64,000 bases of DNA from Lama guanicoe (taxonomy: Eukaryota). The position numbers and the translations under genes are program-made. Numbering within the stretch: the stretch's first letter is position 1; each line of letters starts with the position of its first letter. The notes under the pieces are model-generated. The model was given only the letters and a program-made list of their open reading frames with translations, did no database searches and had not been told where the DNA came from. This document shows positions 38,226 through 51,920 of this stretch, one piece after another. The DNA is taken from positions 2,606,001-2,670,000 of the forward strand of contig MU053652.1 in the NCBI GenBank assembly GCA_013239625.1. The letters run 5' to 3'.

Positions 38226-39794
38226 TGTCTTAGTCAGTTCAGGCTGCTATAACAAAAATATCGTAGACTTGGTATCCTTAAACAGCAAACATTCATTTCT
38301 CACAATTCTGGCAGCTGGGAAGTCCAAGATCAAGACATCAGTAGATTTGGTATCTGGTGAGAGCCCTCTTTCTGGTCAACCAACTTCTTGCTTCCACCCC
38401 GGCCCCCAAAATGTATGTCCTCACAGACAAAATGCATGCATTCCATCCCAGTAGCCCCCAAAGTCTTAATTTATTTAGCATCAACTCTAAAGTCGAGAGT
38501 CTCATCTAAATCAGATAGGAGTGAGACTCATTCTGAGGCAGAATTCCTCTCCAGCTATGAACCCAGGAAACCAAACAGACTAGGATAGACATTCCCATTC
38601 TAAAAGGGAGAAAGAAGAAAGCAGGAAGGGGTGATGAGTCCTAAGCAAGTCCAAAACTTAGCAAAGCAAACTCCATGAGATCTTAAGCCTGGAGAATAAT
38701 TCCTTTGGCTTGACACTCTGCCTGCTGGACCCCCCGGGAGTGGTCCTGCTCCAGATGCTCTTCCAGGCCAGAGACACATTCACCCAGGGCTCTATCAGGT
38801 GGTAGTCATGGCTCGAAGGCTCTCATTTTTTGTAATATGAACAGGCTGGGAATTTTCTAAATCTTTAAGTTCTGGTTCCTTTTTGCTTAGCAGTTCCATC
38901 ATCAACTCATTTCTGTCTTCTTACATTTTGCTATAAGCAGTCAGGAGGAACCAAGCTGTTCCTTCAGTGTTTTCCTTAGGAATCTCCTCAGCTAGATATC
39001 CAGTTTCATCACTTGCAGTTTTTTTCCTTCTGCAAAATACTACAACATGAGTATAATTCAGCCAAGTCTGTGGTACTTTATAACAAGGATCACCCTGCCT
39101 CCAGTTTCCAATAACATGTTCCTCTTTTCTGTCTGAAACCAGAATGACCTTTACTATTCATATTTCTATCAACAGTCTGTTCATGATTATTTATATTCTC
39201 TAAGAAGATGGAAGCATTCTCTCCAGCTCTCCTCTTCTCTTCCTGAGAGCTCACCTCTAGGAGAGAATTGCCTCCAGGAGCCCCTTCATAGCAATATTGA
39301 CTTTTTCTAGCAGGCACCTCAGAAATCTTTCAGTCTCTGCCCATTTCCCAGTTCCAAAGCTGCTTCCATATTTTTAGGTATCTGTTACAGCAGCACTGCC
39401 ACTTCTGTGTACCAATTTCTGTCTTAGTTAGCTTGGGCTGCTGTAAGAAAAATATCATATACTGGGCAGCTTAAACAACAGACATTTATTTCTCATACTT
39501 GGGACACTGGAAAGTCCAAGATCGAGACACCAGTAGACTTGGTGTCTGGTGAGAGCCCTATTCCTAGATTTCAAGTGGCTGCCTTCTTGCTGTATTCTCA
39601 CATGCCCAAGAAAGAAGGGTTCTGGTCTCTTCATCCCCTTATAAGGGCATTAATCCCATCAGGGGGCTCCACCTTCATGACCTCATCTAAACTTAATTAC
39701 CCCTTAAAGGCCCTATTTCCAAATAACAGCACATTTGGAAGTAGGGCTTCAACATATGAATTAGGGGTGGGGCACAGACATTCAATCCATAGCA
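38226..39794 (-). mobile_element. Two-LTR MaLR element (MLT1A-like LTR-internal-LTR) with a partly deleted 3' LTR
   Basis: Homologous LTR ends at 38226 (tgtcttagtcagttcaggctgctataac...tctggtgagagccct) and 39420 (tgtcttagttagcttgggctgctgtaag...tctggtgagagccct). The internal region starts on the minus strand with gaaattggtacacagaagtggcagtgctgctgtaacagatacc. Confidence 0.85.
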
Positions 39795-42700
39795 ATAATT
39801 TATGGCTATATTTTTAAAAAATGAAATGAGTTAGCTTCGGGATCATCTATAGACCAGAAGACTGGAAGGAATTAAAGGCATAGGAGCTATGAGTCAATCT
39901 CTGATCAGTAAATTAAGAAAATCACCATGGGGATTAGAGGAGTGAATTTGGCCAGATAAAAATCCCATTGAATTTACCAGGAACTTACATGTATTATCTC
40001 AATTAATCTTCACAATAACCCTGCAGGTAAACTCAGATTCTTGGAGTTAAAACTCATATGTTTCCTCTCTATTATGCAATACTCAGGTGTATGCACTCCT
40101 AACATTACCCCAGGATTTAGGATTCAGAAGACCAAGAGAAAGAATCTGGGGGTATTCCTAAGTCTTAACTTCTGCTTTCCCATGGTTTCCATATTAACTC
40201 ATTTCAACTTTGTCATTGTCATTTGAAAACATTTCTTTCAGCACAACACTACCAAAAAGGAATAGATGAAAGCAAATGCTGATGTTTTGTTTCCTAAGTA
40301 AGGGGATATTCCCTTTCTTTTCTAAGACAAAGGAACTTCAGCCTGGCCTCAGTGGGGCCTTTGCCCAAGTCACAGGTGAACATTGAGACTAGCCTCAGGT
40401 ATGAAGCTCCAGTCTATCTTCTCCCAGGAGGTGGCAGCAGCAGCAGCTGCAGCCTTAGCCTGCCGGAGAAATCAGAATTCACCCTTTCGCCTGTTGGCAT
40501 CCAAACTTAGAAATTCCTGGTTCCAGAGAGCACTTTATCCCACCATTGGTGTGCTGAGCTTGGTTGGAGCTGGGGCACATAGAGTGCAGAAACTGGCAAT
40601 AATTCCTCTCATAAGTGTCTAGTTTTTTTGGTAAACAGTTGGGTCTGAGCTGTGACCTTGAAGCATGTGTAAACGAGGACCAGGAAGTCCCTAGCCAGGG
40701 AAAAGAGCTTCAAAGAGAAACAGATAGTGACTTAAACACTTATATCCACACCGGCATAAATCCAGGGGACCCTAGCTCACAGTTTGGTGCCACATGAAGA
40801 ATATAAATTTTGAACCCTGCCTCCCAGCTACCAGCCAGTTGACCTTGCTATTGAATCTGTCAGGGCTACAATTTCCTCTTCCACCCATTGTAGACTAGAT
40901 GATCTTTAAGCACCTGCTAATTCTTAAAGTAAAAGTTAGTACACTTTTACTTTCTGAATCAAGTAGGGTTGGGCCTTCACCCTTTCAGAATTTTTTAAAT
41001 CCCAGACACAGCAAAGCACGACTAGGTTCCAAGTTAATCCCAGGTGAGCACATATTGTGGCGAACACTGCCAGCTGCCTAGGCAGTGGGCAGGAATCCCA
41101 GGAAATGTCTGAACATTGCATAGCTATGGATGAACTGTCAACTGCTGGGGGTTGCTTTGCAAATTACCACATCTAAATGAAGCTGACAAAATAATATTCC
41201 AAAAAGCAATTAACACTGATTTCTGGTGTTCTTGGAACCAAAAGGCCTTTTGGGGAAAGTGAAAGTGGCTCAGAAAAAAAGCATCCTAGCCCTCTGGGTA
41301 GAAATGTTTGAGGTTAGGGGGATTCTTAAGTCAGGACCTTTCAGTGCTTTTGTCCCATCACCACAGGCAGGGCTCAACTTGGTCTCGGTGAATGAGGAGA
41401 CAGAACTGGCTCCTCTTATTTCCCCCCTGCTCCATCCAGCCTGCTCTCACTTTCATTGGCTGGACTGCTTAAACTTTCATTCGTTCATTCAGTAAACACT
41501 TGTTAGGCACCTACTATGTGCCAGGTGCTGACATATACCTAGCTATTAAGGAGCTCACAGTCAAGTAGTCAGATATTTAAAAAGTTAATACACAAAGCAT
41601 TCAGAAAGAAGCATCAAATAAAGCATAAGTTAACAATGGTGGTCATTGTGGTGGTTAGCAGTAGCATTATCTCCATTAGGCCACAGGCCAAATATCATAT
41701 TTTCTAATTAAAGCTATCTCCAGAATCATCAGGAGACAATCCCATAGGTCTCTAGGTATTGGCTCCTGTGGGTCTGTCAGGGCAACATTTTCTTCCTATT
41801 CCACATGAAACTTATCATATTAGAATCCCTTCCTACGTTAGGAAGCTTTGGCTCCAGAGGCCACTATAAATGGAAATAGGTATATACTATCTGGCATGAA
41901 AAGATCGAGCTGATTTGGGACAGCTTCATCCTCTACCTTTTCCCCCTAAGCATATTAGCATAGGTGAGGGGCAGGTTAAGTTTCAGTGTTACTGAAACAG
42001 AAGGAACTGGAGAGGGAAATGAGAAACGACAGAAATAGAAGATCATGGTGATAGCAAATTCTAGATGGCTCCGCAGTAGAAAAGAACCAAATCCAGCTTG
42101 AAGAGCAGGCCAGAAAGTACAGAAATGCAGGGATATCCAGTAGGACAAGGGACTGAACTGAGCTATATATATAGTACAACAAAGTGGAAAAGAAGCAAAC
42201 TATGTCTCCTGGTTTCCCATCTCAGATTATTTGAGGACATCGACTGAAGTTTGTCTTCAAAGAGATGCCAGATGCCCTCATAATGTTGGAATCAGCTCAA
42301 ATCATTTCTCAAATGTAAATTTTTAAGACCTTTCTCACTATGTTGATAGTTTTGATTCGTTTTCCTCATGTGTATTTCCAAATAAGTTTGAAATGATCTC
42401 CTCCCCTCACCTCTACAATTTTTAGCAATGCCAGTTGCTAAATATAGTAGAACAAAGTTTGAGAGCCTCTGGCCTTTGACCTAATTTTACCCAATTGAAT
42501 GTTTGGATCACTGCTCTCATAGCCCCCCATAATAACCACCCTTATAACGGGATTCTCTGATGAGCATAGTGTGCAGCCAAGTAAAGAACTTTTCCCCCTG
42601 AAGTCTTAGGAGAGTGGAAGCTGCCATTAACTGACAGCTGATCTCTCCTCCTTCCTTTGGAATTTCTCCTACGAAGTCAGCCTCAAGAAACCAGACACTG

Positions 42701-42929
42701 CCATGACAGCTAGCTTGGACATCCAGTTTGTAAGGTTTCCATTTCAACTTTCCCACCTTATCCGCCAGGTCCAAATTAAAATGATTTGAGTGCTTAGAGT
42801 TGTAAACAGTAGTTAATCAGTATTTCAAAGAGAGTTGGAACAGGTGATGGTGGCATAAATGCCTCATTCTAGAGATCCCATGTTCATCTCAAAAACAAAC
42901 CTAAATGCTTTTCTTGTAATTCCCCACAC

Positions 42930-43180
42930 TACTCTGTTGTCTCCTCCTTCCTTATTCATGTTTCTCCTCCCCTTCCTCTCCCTTCCTACCCACCTGTCTC
43001 CACTTGTTCTCTCGCCCTATTACTCTTTCTGTCTTATTCCTCTTTCTCCTTCTTTATCTGTCTTTACTCTCAGCGTCTTCCTATTCCTTCTGCATCTGAC
43101 TTCATTTCTTTTACTCTGTATTGTCTCCCCTCACCCACAACACACACCTCTCCCTATTTCATCCTCTTTCTCACTTGCAG
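42930..43180 (+). repeat. About 250-nt pyrimidine-rich low-complexity tract ending in a 3' splice-site-like CAG
   Basis: Mostly C/T; ends ctctttctcacttgcag|gtg at 43180. Confidence 0.8.
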
Positions 43181-44599
43181 GTGACTCCTTAATTGACTGT
43201 ACTATAGAACAAAACCATTGTCAGATATTTATCATTATTATATAAGATATCTTCTTGTTAATATTACAAGAAGATAAGTTCTGAAATGTTATATTTTTCT
43301 AAGAAGAAAAAAAGACTTGCTCATAGCACTCCTTAAATACTAACTATAACAATTATTTTTCTTATAACTTCCTGTATTGACCCCTAATTACTTTTTTCAT
43401 ATAGTTTAGTGACCTTCAGTGGAAAAACGGTTCTCTGTTCTTCAGTAAGCCTGACAACAACAGCTGACATCAATGTAAAAAGAAAAGCAAGCTAAAAACA
43501 GTAGTTGAGTATATGCACCTTGAATTGCATATTCAGTTGCAAAATCATCATCATCATTATTACTGTAATTGCAGAGGGGAGGCATTTAAATAATTGTTCC
43601 AAGTGTCTTCTTGAGGAAATAACTAAATCAGGGCCAGCTGTCACAAACCAACCTACAATAATAATCCCGTATGTGCATCTTCAGTATTCATAGCAACTCT
43701 TCAGTAACAAATTTAAGCATTCATCTAATGTCCTGAACAACCTAGAAAATAACAAACCAAGCTTGATCAGATCCAGTATCTCACTTGGTAGTGACCTGTG
43801 TTTTTAAGCAGTGTCCCAGAACAACCTTAGAATCGTAAACCACAAAACAAAAATTGCGCCATCAATTCAACGGCAAACTGGGGTTTGTGGACCAGCATCT
43901 ACCTGCTATGTTATGGCAACAAATCTAGGTACACAAGTAGAGTCTGGGAACCAGGTAGGTGTATCAGTAGACCATGAAAGAATTTAGAAGTATCCACAAA
44001 GGTAGACATGTTTTATTGACTTGAAATTTGTAAACAAATGGGAACTGTGAGAAAAGAGTTTTTAGTTTACTTGTGAAATCACCAAAAAGTATTAGCAATT
44101 TTCTCTTCCCAAGATACAGCTGCAAAACGACTAATAGGAGTTAAGTGAGCCTGCACCAGGAACTGAATGTACCACTTCACTGGGAACAGAAAATGTTCCC
44201 CTGATAGAGGCTGTCCTCTCGGATTAGTACCTTGGGTGTTTTAAAGAGACTCAGCCAGACACAAATTTGGTGCATTTATAAAGAGCAAGAATCATGCTAA
44301 CGCCTTTGCAAATTTTGCCCATATCTCAGTGCTTTTGAATCAAGTTTATATCTTAACTTCCACATTCCTGAAGAAACTCAGGAGACAGTGAAAGAGAATA
44401 AGAAAAAAATTTCCTGTCACATTGTTTTTTTTCATACTATCTACTGTGGTTTCCAATAGGAGTCTCCATAAAGGCCTGACCTGAGCAATTTAAGAAAGGT
44501 GATTGACCCAAGACTGCTTAAGAAAGCTGTTAACTGCTCTGATCCAGCCTAACTAGGTTCTGAAAATCATACACCTGGTTGCAGTGGCTCAATACTATT

Positions 44600-46640
44600 T
44601 GCATCCCCAGCTAAAATTAATTTGCCCACACACAACCTCATCCTGTTTCAGTAATTTAAATATTTTCCACAAAAGTATCAGAAAGGTCACTGATTGACAT
44701 TTTAAAAGTTGTTTCAAGGCACAATCTGCGTATTTTTCTAAATTGTAAAACACCACCATAATAAAAATAAATTCAAACTTCAAAACAGCTTATAGTGAAA
44801 AGAAAAAAATCTCCTTTTCACTCTTACCCCAAGGTAAGCACCGGTAACTATTTCTTGTGTATTTTTTCCATAAAAGCATATAAAATATATAAACCATTTT
44901 CCCACAAAGCAGACCATATAATATATCTTACCCTACTGTGAGATAATAGAAAATACACACATTGAACTGTACCCTAGTTCCAGGCACAGAGCTCCTAAAA
45001 CCCTCGTTAATTCCTAAGTAATAAGAGCACTTGGAGCATCTTTTATTCTAATATTTGGTCTTTAAACCTGCTTCCTGGTACAGAGTTCCTAAAATCCCTT
45101 TGAATTTCCTGGGTGTTGGTAGTGTCTTTTGTTCTGGTGAGGCGAGTCACTGGATGGCTTCTAGATGAAGGATGGTCCCCAGAAGGACCAAGCCAGGATC
45201 AGAAGCTTAGAATTTTCAGCCCCACCCCCATTCTCTAGAGAGGGAAGAAAGGACTAGAAATGGAGTTAATAATTGATCATGCCTATGTGATGAAGCCTCT
45301 ACAAAAATCCCAATATTACGGGATTTGGAGAACCTCCAGATAGGTGAACACATCCACCTAACAGGAGGGTGAAGCACCCCAAGTCCCTAGGCTCCTGTAC
45401 TCAGACCCTCCCAGACCTTGCCCTGTGTACCTCTTCATCTGGCTGTTCATATGTATCCTTTACATTACCCTTTATTGTACTGATCAACATAAGTGTTTCC
45501 TTGAGTTCTATGAGCTGTTCTAGCAAATAATTCACTCCAAAGGGTAGGAGGCAATGGGAACCTCCAATTTGTAGCCAAGTCAGACAGAAGTTATGGGTAA
45601 CCTGGAGACATACTGCTTAAGACTGGCATCTGAAGTAGGGGTGGCAAAATTTTGTGGGACTGGGCCCTTAACGTTTGGGACCTGACTATCTCCGGGTAGT
45701 GTCAAGATTGAATTAAATTGTTAGACACCCAGCTGGTGTCATAGAGAATTGCTTGGTTTGGAGAAAACTCCCACATGGTTGGTGTCAGAAGTGTTGTAAG
45801 TCTGGTGGTGTGAGAGTAAAGGAGAGACATACAGGAGGAAGAATAAGTTTTCCCTAAACACCTGTACCTTGCTTTATTTGTGTACTAATATATCAGACAT
45901 ATTTCCATGTCAGCACATAAAGATCTTCTAAGATCTTTTAATCATTGGATATGCCATAATTTACTTAACCATTGCCACCATTGGTGAACATTTAAATCAT
46001 TTCCACTTACTGTTATTCTAAACAATGTTTCCATGAATATCTTTATAGATACATCATTGGGAATTTGTATGGCTCAATCTGTAGGATTAACTCCTATTAA
46101 TGAAATTGCTAGGTCAAGATATATGTGCATTTAAAATTGGGTTAGGTGTTTCCAAATTGTAACCCCCAAATAGTTGTTCCAATCCACACTTCCATCAACA
46201 GTGTAAGTTCATTTATACCCTTGTCAAAACTGAGTTTTATCAAACTTTCAACTTTTTGTCAATCTGATAGGTAAAAATGGCATCACATGTTTATGATTTA
46301 CACTTTTCTAAGCACTAATGAAGTTGTATTTTTTCCAAGTAGTTTTTGCCATTCTTGTTTTCTTTGTGAAATATTCTTTGTCCATTTTCCTGTTCATTTT
46401 TTCCTTCTAAAACTTTAAGATCTCTTTATATAATAAAGAAAGAAACCCTTTTTCTGTTGGTAACAAATAATTTTTTTTCTTCTGTGCTCTTTGTCTTTTG
46501 GCTCAGTTTATGGTGTTTTCTTCTTGTTGTTGACATTTTTGGCCATTAAAAAGTTTTAGTTAAGTGTTTTACACTAAAGCATTTATCAACACTTTCCTTT
46601 TTGTTTTCTGAGTTTTGTCTATGTTTTAAATATTAGCTCT
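44600..46640 (-). mobile_element. Ancient L1 (L1ME-type) fragment, split by an LTR
   Basis: Reverse L1 blocks (gccataatttacttaaccatt, gaaattgctaggtcaag, cacacttccatcaacagtgt) on both sides of the MER21-like LTR. Confidence 0.65.
44937..45860 (+). mobile_element. MER21-like solo LTR
   Basis: tgtgagataataagaaaata...cacagagctcctaaaaccc...cagaaggaccaagcc...ccagaccttgccctgtgtacctcttcatctggctgttcat...gacacccagctggtgtc...ttttccctaaaca. Confidence 0.8.
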
Positions 46641-47701
46641 CTTGCAAGATGGGTCTTTTTGCAGTTGCCTAAACTTTAATGCACCAGGGCATGATTTAAA
46701 TTCCACTGCATCACATGGTACAGGTTAAAAAATTAGATTTTACTGTGGAAAGAGGAAGCTTACAATGTCAATGTCAAGGTCAAGGTCTTTAAAAGAAGGA
46801 AGGGCCTAGAGAGCCCATCCTCTTATTTTCCCTGGCTGACCTGCTGGTCTCCCAGAATAGTTTGTGTTCCAGAGAAGGGAATTCTACCCCTCTTTTGCTC
46901 TCCTTCTTGTATAAAGGAAGTTTGAGAGCAGCCTTTATCAGTGAAAGAAATAATCAGATTGTCTTGGCATGAGGCAGCCTGGATTTTGGTGCCAGCTGTT
47001 TACCACAGTTGTCTGGGAAACACACACAAGCTGCCCAGCACCTAGACTTTTGGTCCCGTGGGATGTTACACAAGAGAAAGGAAACCAGGGGTCCCATGAG
47101 AAGCAGAGCTGTGTACAGTTCCTCAGGCTGAGAAAAGCCCCCTTGCTCAGCTCCAAACCCGCCATACCTGGTTTGAGCTAGTTCATTGTCCAGGCAACAT
47201 AGAATGAGCCCCCAGATTCATTTAGAACAAGCCTGCTCTTTGCATCATTTAAGTCAGTAAAGAGTCAGGCAGTGGAGATGAGACTAACTCTTTTTACCCC
47301 CAACTTTTTATTTGAAAATGTTCAAATTCACAAAATTCCGAAGAATAATACAATAAATACCCCTATTCTCTTCACCTAGATTCACCAATTAACATTTTGT
47401 CACCTTTGCTTTATCTTTTTCTGTAAATATACATATTTATCCATTGAAGCATTTGAAAGTAAGTTGAATACTTTACGATGGTTCATTCAAAATAATCCAG
47501 CATACATCTCCTAAGAATAAAGGTATTCTCCTACACAATTGCAGTACTGTTTTCAGACCTAGGAAAATTAATGATTCAATATCTTTAATTCCACATTCAG
47601 ATTCCTCTAATTGTCCAAAATGTCTTTTAAAATCATCTTTTTTTGTTTGATCCAAGCTCCTAACAAGGTCCTAACATTGCATTTGATTCCATCGCTTTAG
47701 T

Positions 47702-47890
47702 CCATTGCCCCAAGGTGAACATTTAGCAGTGCCTAGAGATACTTTTGATTGTCACAACTAGCGGTGCTACTGGCATCTAGAAGATAGAGGCCAGGGATGC
47801 TGCTAAACATCATAAAATATACAGGACAACCCCCTACAACAATTATCTAGACCAAAATGTCAATTAGTGCTGAGACTGAAAAACCTTGTT
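47702..47890. mobile_element. MER20 DNA transposon
   Basis: ttttgattgtcacaacta...gtgctactggcatctagaagatagaggccagggatgctgctaaacatc...caaaatgtcaattagtgctgagactgaaaaaccttg. Confidence 0.88.
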
Positions 47891-48056
47891 CCAGTTTATC
47901 TAGAACAGTCTCCTCACTTTTTGTTGTTGCTTTTCCTGACACTGACTTGTATCCAGGCCAGTTGTAATGTAGAATGTCCCACACTGGATTTTTCTGATTC
48001 TTTCTTCGTGATTAGTTTCCATTTAAACAAATTTGGCAAGGATGTTAAATAGATCA

Positions 48057-48505
48057 TTGTAACAGTTAGTTATTCCTGCGTAGCAACCCACCCCAAAACT
48101 CAATGGCATGATATTAATAACCATTGGCTAGGTAGTTCTGCTGATCGGTACTGGGCTGGGCTCAGCTGATTTTGGTTACAGACTCATTCATGGATCTGCA
48201 AGTATTTGACAGATTGACTGGGAGCTGATATGACTAGGCTCTGCCTCATTCATTTATCACACTTAAGCAGGCTGGAACTGGTCTGTTCTCATGGAAGAGG
48301 CAGGGGTATGAAAGAGAGTGGAAGCGTGTCTCATCTAGCTTAGAACCAGCACTCTGTCACTTCAGCGGCATTATGTTGACCACCCTAGACTCAAGTGGTG
48401 GAGAAATAAACTCTACCTCTTGAGGAGAGTTGCTGCAAAGTCACATTGCAAGGGATGTGGATAAGGGAGAGAGATAATTTGGACCTATTGCCATCAGTCT
48501 CTCAA
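48057..48505 (-). mobile_element. Old MaLR LTR (MLT1H/J-like)
   Basis: gcgtagcaacccaccccaaaactcaatggc...gagttgctgcaaagtcacattgcaaggg. Confidence 0.65.
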
Positions 48506-48677
48506 ATTGATATTGTGTACCTCTTACTGCATGATATCAGAAGGTATGTATGTCAGGTTGTGCCACTGTTAGTGATGTTAATTAAATGGTAACCTATGGA
48601 GCTCTCCTTTGAGAAGCACTGTCTTCCATTATGTGCAAGGTGATACTTTCGTGCTCCTGTGTCTATCCTGTTTGCCA

Positions 48678-49100
48678 TTGTTTTAGCTTCCTAAGGCTGC
48701 TGTAACAAAGTACCCACACATTGGCTGGCTTAAAACAACGGAAATTTATTGTCTCACAGTTCTGGAGACTAGAAGTATGGAAACAATGTGTTGATAGGCT
48801 CCCTCTGAAACCTTAGGAGAGAATCCTTCCTTTCTTCCAGCTTCTGGTAGCCCCAGACATTCCTTGGCATGTAGCTGCAGCACTTCAATTTGACCTGCAT
48901 CTTCACATGGCATTTTCCATGTGTCTCTGTGTCTTCACATGACCATCTTATAAGGACACCAGTCATATTGCATTAGGATCCCATCCTACCCCAGTATGAC
49001 CTTATCTAATTATATATAACTAATTATATCTGCAAGAAACCTATTTCCAAATAAGATCACACCCTAGGGGGCTGGGGGTTGAGAAACAGTTCATTCCATG
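48678..49100 (-). mobile_element. MaLR LTR (MLT1B/C-like)
   Basis: ggctgctgtaacaaagtacc...aaatttattgtctcacagttctggagactagaagt...cttataaggacaccagtcatattg...ctatttccaaataagatcac. Confidence 0.85.
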
Positions 49101-50304
49101 ATGCCCATCAACCTGTCACCCAAAGGTTTTGTCTTCCACTGATAGTCCTTGACTGAATCAGTCATTACATTGAGGACTGCCTAACAGTATTTTTAAGTCT
49201 CATCATTTCTTCAGCTTTTATTAGCTGTCATTTTTCTGTAAAGAAGGTTTTGTTTTCCTATTTCTCCTAATTGCTTCTTTCCTATTTCCCTCCATTTTTT
49301 AAGTCACCTTGAGTATATGTCTTTATTTTTATACAACCATCATTTTTATACAGCCATACAAACAAAATTTTGGTGATCAAATTGTTTCAAATTTAGCTAG
49401 TTAGAGCCTATAAACTACTTAAGAATCAACTCTAAATGGAGAAAAGTATAATAAGTATTTAAACTTGTATTGAATTAAAAATTCTTCTTTTTAAGATGTG
49501 ACTATTCCCACTAATCTATCCCATGGGACCTACTTCTGCTGTCCTGATAAGTCAGAGCTCATATTTTTCTCCCTGGGGAGGCTATGTGATTGTGGTCCAT
49601 GGCAAAAGTCTTATCATCATTTCTAAACTATAGGCATTAAAAAAAAAGCTGTCACTTATTAAGTATTCTGCTTTGCATACGTTATTTTCATTGTCATAAT
49701 AGCTGTGCCTTAGTAATGTTACCACATATTATAAATGAGAAATCTAAGGCTCAAAGTGATATACTGGAAAGAGCATGGATTTTGCAAACTGATAGTATGA
49801 ATGCTGGCTCTGTTACCCATTAAGGTATGTGATTCGGGGCCTCTGTAGGCTTTGGTTTCTCTGTACTATGAGGATAATGAAATTTTCCTCACAGGTTTGA
49901 CCCAGCAGCTTACCTAACCTAGAGTAGGGGTTTGTTAGTTCTCTTCTTTCCACATCCTGATGACAGGCCATGACTTCTAGGTCATGCTGGATAAATGACA
50001 GGGCCACAGAGTCCACTAGCAATTAATCAGGAGTTAATTTTATTAATTCAGAGTCTGCTCATTAGGAATTAAAGATAGCTTGTCCTAAGTTTCAGCTAAA
50101 GTTTACTTTTAAATATCTTTGGGGAAAAAATCAGTTTGCTAATCAATTTCTGAGACAATATTATGGGAAAGAGACCATCTCTATTCAATTTAAGAGAAAC
50201 AACTTTAGGGGAGATATTTCGCACCTTACATGCACATTAGGAATCTCATTTACAAATCAATCTTTAAAATATGTAGACTTAACTTTCTTTATGTGAAAAC
50301 AGTG

Positions 50305-51065
50305 CACTCATTCATTCCACAAATAGTATTGAGCACATACTACATCTTATGCAATGTTCGAGGCACTTGGAATTCATCAGAAAATAAAACAACTATTCCT
50401 GCGCTTGTTTGCCTTCCAGCTGGGGGAGACAGGTGAAAAACAAATAAATTGGAAAACTATGTAGAGTATTAGAAGTACATAAGTGCTACTGAGAAACATA
50501 AAGCAGGGGTACACAGGAGGGGATTGCTATTTTAAATAAGGTTCTCATCATTTAAAAGGTGGTATTTGAACTAAGACTTGAAGGAGGTGAGGAAATTGAT
50601 CATGTGGCTATCTGGCAGAACAGCAAATATGAAGGTCCTGGGGTCAGAGTATGCTTGGCCTGCTGGAGACACAGCAGGGAGGCCAGTGTGGCTGCAGTGC
50701 TATGAATAAGGGAAGTGTTTTATTTATGTAATGTTTAAATAGCCCTTACTAGGAGCACTATCTTAAGCACTGAAAAATATTAATTAATCCTCCCAACAAC
50801 CATGTGAAGGCAGTAATGTTTTTCTCTTTTCCAGATGAGGAAACTGAGGTACAGGAAGGTAAAATAACTGCTCCCAAGTCACATAGCTATCAAATGATAG
50901 GGCTGGAACAATGTCTAGAGACTCTGGGTGCTCTTAAGCATGCTGTCCTGCCTTCTAGTTTCTAAAAGATGAAGTCCAGTGACTAGATCCCATAGGTCCT
51001 TAGAGGCTGTTGGTAAGGATTTGGGTTTTTTTTCTGAGTGATATGGATTTTGATCAGAAGAGTGA
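50305..51065 (-). mobile_element. L2 3' fragment interrupted by a MIR (about 50720-50960)
   Basis: cattcattccacaaatagtattgagcacatactac; MIR core cagatgaggaaactgaggtacagg. Confidence 0.75.
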
Positions 51066-51689
51066 TATATTTGTTTGTGTTGCTGTTCCAGAAACTTCCA
51101 AAGAATATTTATATACTTTAGGTGTGTATTACTCCTAGCATTTAACATGCTTATGTAAAGTCAAAGGATTTCAACTTATGGGAACAAAGAAATTTTGATA
51201 TGTACAATTTAGAGATGATATCCCATCAAACACCATTTGTGTGAGAGAAACCTCTTCTGTTTTTAAAGTCTCACAAGAACCTCTTTATTGTGTGGATCTA
51301 GCAACCCCTGTGTACCTGGCTGTGCTTTTGGGGGGCACCAAGGCAAAGTATTAACCAAAAAAAAAAACCGCTTTATTTTCCTACTTTGAAAGGGAAAAAA
51401 ATGTATAGGAGGAAATGGTTATTTAAGATGTGTCCTATCTATATACCAAAGGTTAGTAGTGCTGCCTTCTTCGGGCTCAATATGTCAGCACCCTGCAGGG
51501 GGCCATCCACCTTCACTGGGGCTCCATGACCCAAGTGTGGCCTGATCCAAGGGCAACTGCCCCTGAGAGTAGCTAAAGGACTCAGGCTTAAGCCACGCAG
51601 CCTGCTCAAGGAGAATTTAGGAGCAGTGTGTGCCGTGTCAGCCTGGAGAAAAGAAAGCACTGGGAAGATTACACAGGCATCCAAGATTG

Positions 51690-51920
51690 ATACTAATGAT
51701 CATAATTACCACAATTTATTTAGCATTTACTGTATGCCTAGCATCATGCCACATGCTTTACAAGCATAAGCTATACAGTATCATCATGCCCATGTTATTA
51801 GTAAAGAAACTAAGGCTTAAAGAGATTTAGTAAACTGCCTAAGATCATACACAGCTGTGACTGAAGCACAGCTCTGCCTGTCTCCAAAGTCCATGTTCAG
51901 ACTTGTTTATTCTATGCTGC
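51690..51920 (-). mobile_element. MIR
   Basis: atttatttagcatttactgtatgcc...aagaaactaaggcttaaagagatttagtaaactgcctaagatcatac. Confidence 0.7.

Larger units (their letters stand above)
47295..49410 (-). mobile_element. Old L1 (L1MC5/ME-like) 3' UTR carrying three nested insertions
   Basis: Reverse L1 3' end (cttcacctagattcaccaattaacattttg; tctcctaagaataaaggtattctcctacacaa) resumes after each of the three inserts listed next. Confidence 0.7.
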
